Source: Candidatus Midichloria mitochondrii IricVA
GTDB lineage: Bacteria; Pseudomonadota; Alphaproteobacteria; Rickettsiales; Midichloriaceae
Length of the DNA: 32,000 nt
Reading direction: 5' to 3'
Assembly: GCF_000219355.1 (NCBI RefSeq)
Contig: NC_015722.1
Coordinates: 1,020,001 to 1,052,000, forward strand
This document shows, one piece after another, positions 22,311 through 30,992 of this stretch. How positions within the stretch are numbered: position 1 is the first letter of the stretch; each line of letters starts with the position of its first letter. The translations under genes were made by a program, and so were the position numbers. Under the pieces are notes generated by a model. It searched no databases and was not told the origin of the DNA. It worked only from the letters and a program-made list of their open reading frames with translations.

Positions 22311-22380
22311 AGCCGGTCTATTTGGTTGTATAGATTGAGTAAGAGGAATATAAAACTCAACAACAGCTTTTAGACCGGCT
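22311..22380. repeat. Perfect 10-bp inverted repeat AGCCGGTCTA / TAGACCGGCT with a 50-nt spacer containing an inner TTGAGT/ACTCAA pairing
   Basis: Read directly, in the non-coding stretch upstream of aroK. Confidence 0.75.
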
Positions 22381-22817
22381 AGTACGGTTTTGTGGTAGGC
22401 ACTACATTGTGGCGTATAAAAAAAAAGGCAGCACTAAGTATAAGATGAAACTCGCAACAACACCAAACATCTTAAGATCGTAACTTAAAAGCCCACCAAC
22501 ATAGAAGGACAAGATACAAAATGCAATTATCCTGCTACCCCCTGAATGCTATATTCAATCTAACAGCAAAGTGATTTTATAACTGAATTTGTCAAAATTT
22601 GTATTTTTTTACACTTATTTTAAGTTTTTATTGACATACCCTCTAATAGCATGACAAATAATACTCGAATCCCAGCAGTTATAATGCACGTGCAAGCGTC
22701 TAAGTCCTACGTAACTCAGCTACTTACCCCTTGTCATCAGAATATTAACAAGAATCTTATTCAGTAAAATAACGATAAAATTTATTTTTATCCCATTGAA
22801 ATTACTGCGTTTATAAA

Positions 22818-22844
22818 GTTATACTTAAAAGCGTTAAGTATAAC
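22818..22844. repeat. 11-bp perfect hairpin GTTATACTTAA-aagcg-TTAAGTATAAC
   Basis: Read directly. Followed by TCAAAAGCG, which repeats the loop-proximal TTAAAAGCG. Confidence 0.7.
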
Positions 22845-23189
22845 TCAAAAGCGCCAAATTAAAGTAGTGAGGTATTATAGCTCAACAGGAGCAGCAGGTG
22901 TCTGCCAGAAATGAGATGAGAATGCAAGGCTGTTTAATCGATTGCAGGAGTTGGAGAATGAATTACAAGTGATAAACATGAAATTAAATACTTTGGGGCT
23001 CACCTCGGAGGAAGAAATTACGCGAGAAGCTACTGTGCAAAATTTAGCTGAGCATAATTGAAATGAATTGAGGAATAGTTCTACAGCCGCGGAAGCATCA
23101 GTAGAACTATATCATGGTTTAGCTAGTGTTGCTGGTGTAGGCACTACAGAGTAATAATATTATAATCAATAACAAAATAGGAGGTTAAA

Positions 23190-23700
23190 ATGACAGCAGA
23201 AACGTCTAAGAAAGGGGGGGGTTTTGAGTTCTTTACATGGCTATTGCCCTTCGACAAAAACTGTACTGCATATCTCAACCGCGGTAGGTGGAGTGGCGGC
23301 GACAGTTGCAGCATATACTAGGTGGGGATCTACTGAGATAATGAAAGGTGCAGCGGAAGCTATAAAGTCGGGTGCAGAAAAAGCAGCCAACCATATTGTG
23401 AGTAAGGTAGCGCTTGGAGCTGCTGCAGTTTCAGCAGCCGGTTATGGTGCTTGTAGCTTATATCAATATTGCTATCCTAGATCTAAGAGTTCAATTGAAG
23501 AAATCTATAAAGGTAATCCGGTAGATAAACAACTAGAGTCTTTTGCACCTAACCCGACAAAAACTTTTCACTATAATCAAGGAGAAGAGCATGTTGACTA
23601 CAGTACAACTGGAAGCAAAGCGCATGACGGAGGAAAAGTAGATGGTGAATTTGATGCTCATTATAAAGCGTCACTTGATGGTGGAGCAGAACATTTTTAA
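23190..23700 (+). CDS. Hypothetical two-TM membrane protein whose SD-ATG start is out of frame because of a G8 tract (candidate phase-variable gene)
   Basis: AGGAGG (23179-23184), 5 nt, then ATG 23190. G8 at 23214-23221. The ATG frame terminates at 23319-23321 (43 aa). The long ORF (23224-23700, frame +1) has no ATG or SD of its own. G7 would fuse them into MTAETSKKGGVLSSLHGYCPS.... Hydrophobic segments are VLHISTAVGGVAATVAAY and VALGAAAVSAAGYGACSLY. Confidence 0.6.
23214..23221 (+). repeat. Homopolymeric G8 tract
   Basis: Counted directly: aaaGGGGGGGGtttt. Confidence 0.95.
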
Positions 23701-23724
23701 TAAAAAGTCCCTTAATTGAGCTTC

Positions 23725-23753
23725 AGGTCTTTAGTGTTATACACTAAAGACCT
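23725..23753. terminator. Bidirectional intrinsic terminator between convergent ORFs
   Basis: 13-bp perfect stem AGGTCTTTAGTGT / ACACTAAAGACCT with a 3-nt loop, followed by TTTAATTTT on the plus strand. No comparable T run follows the hairpin on the minus strand. Confidence 0.7.
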
Positions 23754-23800
23754 TTTAATTTTATAATAGGTTTTTGATTTTGTACTCTCGCAAGTACACC

Positions 23801-24028
23801 TTATCTCTCTGGTCGATTTTCCTCCTTAATCAGATGTACTAATTTTTCTCTTGCTTTCTCTGGCTTGATTACTAACAAAGGTTGTTTGCTTATTTCTGTT
23901 TCAATATAATGAGAAAAAACTATAGTACAAGATCCTTTTGGACCCATCCAACAAACCAACCGACTTTTGTGATCTTCATCATGTGATCCATCAGGTTTTA
24001 ACATAAGAACAAGAGCCTGTTTTTCCAT
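23801..24028 (-). CDS. Hypothetical protein (75 aa from ATG 24028)
   Basis: ORF MEKQALVLMLKPDGSHDEDHKSRLVCWMGPKGSCTIVFSHYIETEISKQPLLVIKPEKAREKLVHLIKEENRPER. No recognised family. Ends before the shared terminator. Confidence 0.35.
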   Translation of the reverse strand: MEKQALVLMLKPDGSHDEDHKSRLVCWMGPKGSCTIVFSHYIETEISKQPLLVIKPEKAREKLVHLIKEENRPER

Positions 24029-24180
24029 ACAGCTTCCAATCCTCAGGTAAATCCTCAATAAATAAGATATTTCTTGTCAACTCTTGAGATTTAACGCTGA
24101 CTGGCAACTTATTATCGATAAGTTTTTATAAAAAAAGCTACTTGCTCATCAGGCGCAATCTTTAGGGAACTAGAAAGCTA

Positions 24181-24240
24181 AGAAGAAGTTAAAACACAGC
24201 TTCTTTGAACCATATCAGATAATTTCTTTAAAACTCACCT
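24181..24240 (-). repeat. Solo copy of the IS982-family terminus (homologous to 18955-19019)
   Basis: ACACAGCTTCTTTGAA(A)CCATATCAGATAATTTCTTTAAAACT(C/T)ACCT is shared by both loci. Homology breaks at 24240 and 19019. Confidence 0.75.
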
Positions 24241-24259
24241 CAAACTAGGGTTAAGTAAT

Positions 24260-24567
24260 TATGCGGTAGGAGGTGCGATAGCTGCTATGAGCTTCTTGAC
24301 TTCACCTGTTTCGATTTCTACTTAGCTATTGGTGCTAGAGTGCATTACCTAAATAATCAATACGATACGGAAATACGAAAAGAACCTAAAAAGCAACTTT
24401 ATACAGATTATAATTTACCCAATTATCAAGAAAACCCGGATTTAGAAGAAGGCAAAAGTATTGAAGAAATGTATCTTGATTTTATTCATACTAACTACAG
24501 CACTTCAACCTCAAGGTTCTTATCTTCTAAAAAATCTCCCGACTCTAGTAGGGCTCTAGCTGGATAA
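24260..24567 (+). pseudogene. Fragmented ORF: Gly/Ala-rich hydrophobic segment (stop, frameshift) followed by a 75-codon hydrophilic ORF
   Basis: Frame 2 reads YAVGGAIAAMSFLTSPVSIST*LLVLECIT*. Then GTG 24340 opens HYLNNQYDTEIRK...EEGKSIEEMYLDFIHTNYSTSTS.... It lies immediately after the IS982 end remnant. Confidence 0.3.
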
Positions 24568-24630
24568 TACAGGCACTACATTGATTTTCCAGAGATCAAA
24601 ATAGAATCTATTGCCTCGGTTCTACCACTC

Positions 24631-25980
24631 TCAGTATCGCGAACAATAAAGGTAAATTTTTTTTTCTGAATCTACAGAAATGTCTAGTTTAGTTTTGATA
24701 AATACCTTGAATCTATTTTCTGAATCTGCCTCAATAGGAAAGCATAGTTTCTTCTGATAGGTATTTCCCATATGCATCATATTACCTTTAATTAGAGCAT
24801 TCGTTACACCTCTTATTTCTAAACAAATATCTTTTACTTTTAACGCTTTGTTAGCAATATAAACATTATAAGTATTGCGAATATCTCCATCTGGCAGAGT
24901 AGTAAATAATGGTCCGCGCTCCCTTTCAATAGACAAAACAAATATTGATTTATCGAGCAAGTTTTTCAGTATAATAGTAGCAGCAATCAATATTAATAAA
25001 GTATACAGCACAGTTTTTGGCCTGATTAATTTAACTTGTGCTTTCAAACCTTTTTTTAATTTTTCTGTTAGATTAATACTAGAATACGAGATTAAGCCAA
25101 GAGGCTGATTGAGTTTGCTCATCACAGAATCACATGCGTCTATACATAATCCACAGCCTATACATTGCATTTGTAGCCCGTCTCTAATATCTATTCCCAT
25201 AGGGCAAACAGCCACACATCTATAGCAGTCAACACAATCACCAAAATTTTTCAATTTACTATTTTTATTTAGTATTTTTTGTAAACGAGGCTCGCCGCGC
25301 CAGCTATGATATGTTACGGTTAGACTATCATTATCTAGCATAGCTGGTTGAAACCTGCCATACGGGCAAATATGAGTACATACTTTTTCTCTCATTAAGC
25401 CCGCTAAAATATAAGTGGTGAAAGTCAAACCAAATAGCCAAGACCTTGGAGCCGTGTCTAAACGTCCTAAAAATAAGTCATGACAAAAACTTGGAGCATC
25501 ATAAAAATAACAAATCCAACCAAAAGCAAAAAGGAAGCTTAAACCTCCCCATACAAGATGCGTTAACAACTTTTTTACTAATTTAGATGAATTCATCGGC
25601 ATTTTGTCTAATGCTATCCTGCTATTGCGGCTCCCTTGAAAAAACGTTTCGACTTTAATAAAAAGATCTACAAAAACAGTATGAGGGCAAGTATAACCAC
25701 ACCATATGCGGCCCAAAATAGAGGTAAATAAGAAAAGCCCAAAAGCAGCTATAATCAAAATAGTCATTATATAAAAAATTTCCTCTGGCCAAATTTCTAT
25801 ATTAAAAAAATAAGCTCTTCTAGTAGGTAAATCAATCAGTATAGCCTGGGATGGAGCGTTTTCGTCTCTATACCATCTAAGCCAAGGAGTTAAAAAATAG
25901 AATAATAATAGCACAATATTTGCACGATTTTTTATGGTTCTATATCTACCAACAACGCTTTGAGGATAAATCTTAACCAT
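24631..25980 (-). CDS. ccoG: Cytochrome c oxidase (cbb3-type) accessory protein CcoG/FixG, 4Fe-4S ferredoxin-type
   Basis: 449 aa. N-terminus ...VVGRYRTIKNRANIVLLLFYFLTPWLRW, TM segments, and two Cys clusters (CVDCYRCVAVCP and CIGCGLCIDAC). Confidence 0.82.
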   Translation of the reverse strand: MVKIYPQSVVGRYRTIKNRANIVLLLFYFLTPWLRWYRDENAPSQAILIDLPTRRAYFFNIEIWPEEIFYIMTILIIAAFGLFLFTSILGRIWCGYTCPHTVFVDLFIKVETFFQGSRNSRIALDKMPMNSSKLVKKLLTHLVWGGLSFLFAFGWICYFYDAPSFCHDLFLGRLDTAPRSWLFGLTFTTYILAGLMREKVCTHICPYGRFQPAMLDNDSLTVTYHSWRGEPRLQKILNKNSKLKNFGDCVDCYRCVAVCPMGIDIRDGLQMQCIGCGLCIDACDSVMSKLNQPLGLISYSSINLTEKLKKGLKAQVKLIRPKTVLYTLLILIAATIILKNLLDKSIFVLSIERERGPLFTTLPDGDIRNTYNVYIANKALKVKDICLEIRGVTNALIKGNMMHMGNTYQKKLCFPIEADSENRFKVFIKTKLDISVDSEKKIYLYCSRY

Positions 25981-25984
25981 CTTA

Positions 25985-27759
25985 TCAATTCATGCCGGTT
26001 ATATTCTTATATTGATTATAAAATTTGCAATATTCTCTATTTAAGCTTATCAGTTCTTGGTGACTTCCATATTCTGCGACTCTACCATTTGCTATAACGC
26101 ATATCATATCTGCTCCCTCTATCGAAGACAGCCTATGAGCAATCACTATTGTAGTACGCCCCTTTTTGAGTCTATCTAGAGCTTCTTGAACTTGCTTTTC
26201 AGCAATCGAATCTAAGGCGCTAGTTGCCTCGTCAAGTAATAAAACAGGCGAATTTTTTAACATAGCTCTTGCTATCGCTAACCTTTGCCTTTGACCGCCA
26301 GAAAGCTTTACTCCCCTTTGTCCAATAAGAGTATTATATCCCTCTGGAAGGTTTATAATAAAATCATGAGCTGCAGCAGCGACTGCCGCTTCAACAATTT
26401 CTTCTTGCGTTGCTTCTAACTTCCCATACCTGATATTGTCCATAATCGTCTCGTCAAAGAGCGCGATTTCTTGACTGACCAAAGCAATTTCATTTCTTAG
26501 ATCATTAAGGCGCATTTTAGTAATATTCTGGCCTCCTATAGTTATATAACCGCTTTCTGGATCATATAAGCGTTGTAGAAGCTGCAATACCGTAGTTTTG
26601 CCAACTCCTGAGCTACCAACAAGTGCAACTGTTGTTCCTTCTTGGATTCTCAAATTAAATCCATCCAGAATTTTTAATCCAGTTTTATAAGAGAAATGTA
26701 TATCATGGAATTCTATATTAAAATTTTTTAGTGCAGAGTGGGGGGTGCGGGGATCATCAAAGATAGTAGGCTTTTCATCTAATAATGAAAACATGCGCTT
26801 AGCAGCTGACAACGCCTCCTGCAGTGAAGTATTAAGTTGAGTTACTGACTTTAAAGGTTTATATGTCACAATTAAGGCAGTAATAAACGAAAAGAATTCG
26901 CCAGGGCTCATTTTTGAATCTATAACTTCGGATCCACCGTACCATATTATAAAGGCTATAGCTACGCTGCTCAACACCTCCATCATTGGTGAAGGAGCGG
27001 ACTCTATATATGCAGATTTTTTGTAAAGGGAAAGTACGTTATCTGTAACTTTTTTTGCTCTAGAAATTTCATATTCTTCTCGACAATAGGATTTAACTAA
27101 GCTTATATGCTGAAAAGTTTCATCGAGTCTTACAGTGAAGCTTGAAAGCCCCTCTTGGATTTTTCTAGCAACACGTCTCATCTTATGACCTAATTTCAGC
27201 ATTGGGTAGAACGCAACTGGTATAATAAAAACTGCTATTAATGCTAGGCTTTTACTTTGATAAAACATCAAAAAAACTAGACCAATTAAAGTACATAATT
27301 CCTGTACAGCGCCTGTTAACAGATCTGATACACTTTTGCGCATTGCATTAATATCATTGGTCATTCTTGATATTAAATTTCCAGAAGGATACTCCATTAG
27401 TAGTTTAGTATCTGCGTATATCAAATGGGAATACAACCTTATCTGCAAATCATTAACAATTTTCTGCCCCAATTTTTTCATTGTGGACAGTTGATAAAAG
27501 TGCGCCCCTCCCTTGACTATGCTATTTATCACAACAAATGTGGGAACAATGTAAAGCATTGTAAGTTCTTTATTAAAGAATATACTATCTAAAACCGGCT
27601 GCATTAACCATGCATTTATCGCAGTTGTTATAGCAGCTACAAACATTAAGAATATTACTGCCAAAAAATTTTTTGACGATAATGATGGATGTGTTCTGTG
27701 TATAGTCTTTTAATTAGATACCAACTGCTATCATGGTTTACTTTGTTGCCCTTGTTCAT
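25985..27759 (-). CDS. msbA: ABC transporter permease/ATPase, MsbA-like lipid exporter, N-terminal 32 codons displaced by a -1 frameshift in an A6T6 tract
   Basis: Walker A GSSGVGKTT, signature LSGGQRQRLAIARA, Walker B LLLDEATSALD. ATG 27759 gives MNKGNKVNHDSSWYLIKRLYTEHIHHYRQKIFW*. Adding one base in 27663-27674 joins it to ...LAVIFLMFVAAITTA... (591 aa). Confidence 0.9.
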
Positions 27760-27777
27760 TAATAAATTACCTAAACA

Positions 27778-29755
27778 TCAATCAACTATTTTTTTCCAAA
27801 TTTCTTTTAATAAGGAATTATTTTTACTATCTTCAACTGAACCACTCTCTCTTACCTCATCAATAGCAACTTCGTCATTGGGCTCAACATCCCCAAATGT
27901 CTTTAATTCATTCCTACTACGACTGCGGAACCCCTTCTTACAGCGTTTAGGATTTTTGTTTACCTTTGGCTCTTCAATTTTGTCTAATTCAGTTTTATTT
28001 TCTACTGCAGGCTGAGTTTTAAATTTCTTTTTCTGACTTGATTTAGTAGCTTTCGTACTTTTCTCTGTGGCTTTAGGGACCTGCTCTTTCTCATTATTAT
28101 CAATACGATAAGGTTCAAAATCTATGGCAGATAGCGCTGTTTTCTTAGATTCTGAAGCTCTTTTAACTCCTTCTAAGAAAAAGCCATCTGCCCCGGCCTC
28201 ATTATCAATTGCAAAACTAAGCTTAATACCACGGTCCTGCACTATATTCGCTATATCATTACACTTTTTGATTTAATAAATATAGGACTAGCTCTTGTGA
28301 GCATGAAACTTTGACTTCATTATAGATGCCCCTTGCTACCTCATTTTCTATAGCTCTAATAATTGCGATAGCTGTCACATTTTCTGGTCTGATTCTACCT
28401 CTACCCGCACAGTGATTGCAAGGCAACATATAAGTTTCAGAGAAACTTTGACGCAGCCTTTGTCTAGACATTTCTAAAATACCGAATTCGCTAATCTTAC
28501 CTATCTGAGTTCTCGCTCTGTCATGAGATAACGCATCTTTCAAGGCTTTTTCAACTTCTTTACGATTTTTAGCCTCTGCCATATCTATAAAATCAATAAC
28601 AATTAGGCCTGACAAGTCTCTTAACCTAAGCTGTCCTGCTACCTCTTTTGCGGCTTCTAAGTTATTTTTCAGCGCTGTATTTTCAATACTTCTCTCACCC
28701 GTAGATTTTCCAGAATTTACATCAATTGCAACTAATGCTTCGGTCTGATTTATTACTATGTACCCACCAGAGCTTAATTGTACATTGTGATCGTAGAGCT
28801 TACCTAATTGCTCCTCTATACCATACTTGCTGAAAATAGGCGTAACAGCTTGGTGCAACTTTACTTTATCTACATGCCTTGGCAAAAGCAATTTTGTAAA
28901 GTCTTTTGCATTTTCATAAGCTTTTAAACCTGAAACTATTATTTCATCAATATCGCTATCATATAGATCCCTGATCGCTTTTTTTATTATATCACCCTCT
29001 TCGTGTATAAAAGCTGGTGCAACCGAAGAAAGAGTATGTGACCGTATATTATTCCAAAGTCTGCTTAAATAACTCAAATCTCGTTTAAGTTCTGTCTTGG
29101 TTTTATGACCACCGGCAGTTCTTACAATCACGCTATTTGAAATTTCCAGATGTTCACTCAATTCTTGCACTACTGCTCTAAGCCTCTTTCTCTCTTCAGC
29201 ATCATCTATTTTTCTAGATACTCCACCAACATTTCCAGAATTAGGAAGTAGTACACAGTATCGTCCAGCCAATGATATATATGTTGAAAGAGCTGCTCCC
29301 TTATTACCACGTTCTTCTTTAGTGACCTGCACTAATAGAGCTTGGTCTTTTCTCATGACTTCTTGAATCTTATATTTCTTGTAAAACAAAGGTCTACTAA
29401 TTTCCCCTCCGCCTCCTTTGGCGTCTTCATCAATATCATCCAACCCTGAATTTTGAGCTTCTTGTTTAGCTTTGGCCATGGATTCAAGTATCGCTTCTTT
29501 ATCATTTTTAGGGATCTGATAATAATCAGGGTGAATTTCCGCTAAAGGTAAAAATCCTTGTTTATTGCCTCCATATTCAACAAAAGCTGATTGTAAGGAT
29601 GGCTCAACTCTTGTAACCTTTGCTAAGTAAACATTACCCTTGATCGAATTTCTATCTTTATTATGATAATCAAAGGCTTTTATAATATTGTCTTCTGTAA
29701 GAACTAATCTAATTTCTTCTTCATGTGCTGCGTCTATTAATATTCTTTTTACCAT
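27778..29755 (-). CDS. rne: Ribonuclease E (RNase E/G family), split by a +1 frameshift in an A5 run
   Basis: N-terminal S1 domain and catalytic core (ORF 28259-29755). ...ELVLYLLNQKV* continues as ...NQKCNDIANIVQDRGIKLSFAID... if one T of 28265-28269 is removed, joining ORF 27778-28242 (basic, low-complexity C-terminal region). Confidence 0.9.
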
Positions 29756-30022
29756 ATTTAAGTACTATTTTTGATTTTTCTCAATTTTACAAAAAATAAA
29801 GCAATATTTATGAACCGCGCCCTTGCGCCTAAACCAATCCACTAAATTTCAGATCTTGTTAAATTTAGCTAGACTTTAATAAGAATTATTGCTTTTTATA
29901 AACTGCCGAATAAATTGTCTTGAGCTATTTCAAAGATTAATTAAAATCTCGGTAGTTAAAATTAGGCGTATATCTAAGATTATTTTATGCAAATAGTCAA
30001 GTAAAAGGATTAATAAAAAATT

Positions 30023-30934
30023 ATGTTGAAGCTACCCATTATTTTGATCAAACAAAATACCAAAATAAACTTCCTAAAACAGCGACATATAGCCTATTTG
30101 ATTAGCACAGTTATTACTATAGTCACTTTGATTTGTATTTTCACTAAAGGATTTAACTTGGGCATAGACTTCACAGGAGGGGTAATTATGGAAATCAGTT
30201 CTTCTTCTCTAATCACTGCCACTAATATGCGATCTTTCTTGGATCAAGCTGGCTATCACGGAGCTGCAATACAATATGACGAGAAAGATAATCTAATTGT
30301 CAGACTGCAAACGAAAAATGATAATCTATACGCTAGTGAAATAGAGGCCCTCAAAAATAGTATTGCTACAGAATTTACCAATGTAGAATTTAGGAAGATT
30401 GACTATGTAGGACCTAAAATTGGAGATGAGCTCATCAATAAAGGGATTATTGCTGTGGTACTTGCTCTCATTGCAATGATGATATACGTTGCAATAAGAT
30501 TTAATTGGGTTTTTGGTATAGGAGTTGTTATTGCCTTAGTTCATGATATAATTGCTGCTCTCGGTTTTTATATTTTTTCTAGATTTGAATTTAATTTAAC
30601 TTCTATTGCTGCGATACTGACCATTATAGGATATTCAGTTAATGATAGTGTAGTAATATATGACAGAATTAGAGAAAATTTAAAAAAACATTCTAAAAAG
30701 AGCATTTCTGAGTTAATTAATTTAAGCATTAATGAAACCCTATCAAGAACTATAATGACTGCTGCCACCACTCTAGTAGTCTGCATAGCACTGGTCTTAT
30801 TTGGAGGGCCAGCCTTAAAAGGATTTGGAGCTACGTTATTTTTCGGGACAGCTTTTGGTACGTATTCTTCTATATATATCTCTGCACCGTTGTTGACGCT
30901 ATTTTATAAATCTAAAGAAGTAAAGGGTTTATAA
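30023..30934 (+). CDS. secF: Protein translocase subunit SecF
   Basis: 303 aa with GIDFTGG, the SecD/F 6-TM C-terminal bundle and ...LSRTIMTAATTL.... Confidence 0.95.
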   Translation: MLKLPIILIKQNTKINFLKQRHIAYLISTVITIVTLICIFTKGFNLGIDFTGGVIMEISSSSLITATNMRSFLDQAGYHGAAIQYDEKDNLIVRLQTKNDNLYASEIEALKNSIATEFTNVEFRKIDYVGPKIGDELINKGIIAVVLALIAMMIYVAIRFNWVFGIGVVIALVHDIIAALGFYIFSRFEFNLTSIAAILTIIGYSVNDSVVIYDRIRENLKKHSKKSISELINLSINETLSRTIMTAATTLVVCIALVLFGGPALKGFGATLFFGTAFGTYSSIYISAPLLTLFYKSKEVKGL

Positions 30935-30992
30935 TTTTGCAATTTTACCTACATTAGCGTATAAGGTTTTAAGTTACAGGGATAATAAAAAG

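Noticed and set aside
22878-22915. tRNA-like D-arm string TAGCTCAACAGGAGCA upstream of the islet ORFs.
   Set aside because: The D-loop is too short, and there is no anticodon stem, no T-arm (GTTCGAATC-like) and no acceptor pairing. At most it is a chance match or a tiny tRNA relic. Similarly, CTCGAATCCC at about 22665 has no surrounding cloverleaf.
23059-23061. In-frame TGA in the coiled-coil-like frame as evidence for TGA=Trp recoding or selenocysteine.
   Set aside because: TGA is used as a genuine stop by well-supported genes here (the aroK and hemD-like stops). The frame also lacks a credible start, so a decayed gene is the simpler reading.
24085-24125. TTGACA hexamer upstream of ORF 23801-24028 as its promoter.
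   Set aside because: No acceptable -10 hexamer at 16-19 nt spacing (TGAGGA or ATTGAG). In DNA this AT-rich, isolated hexamer matches are not informative.
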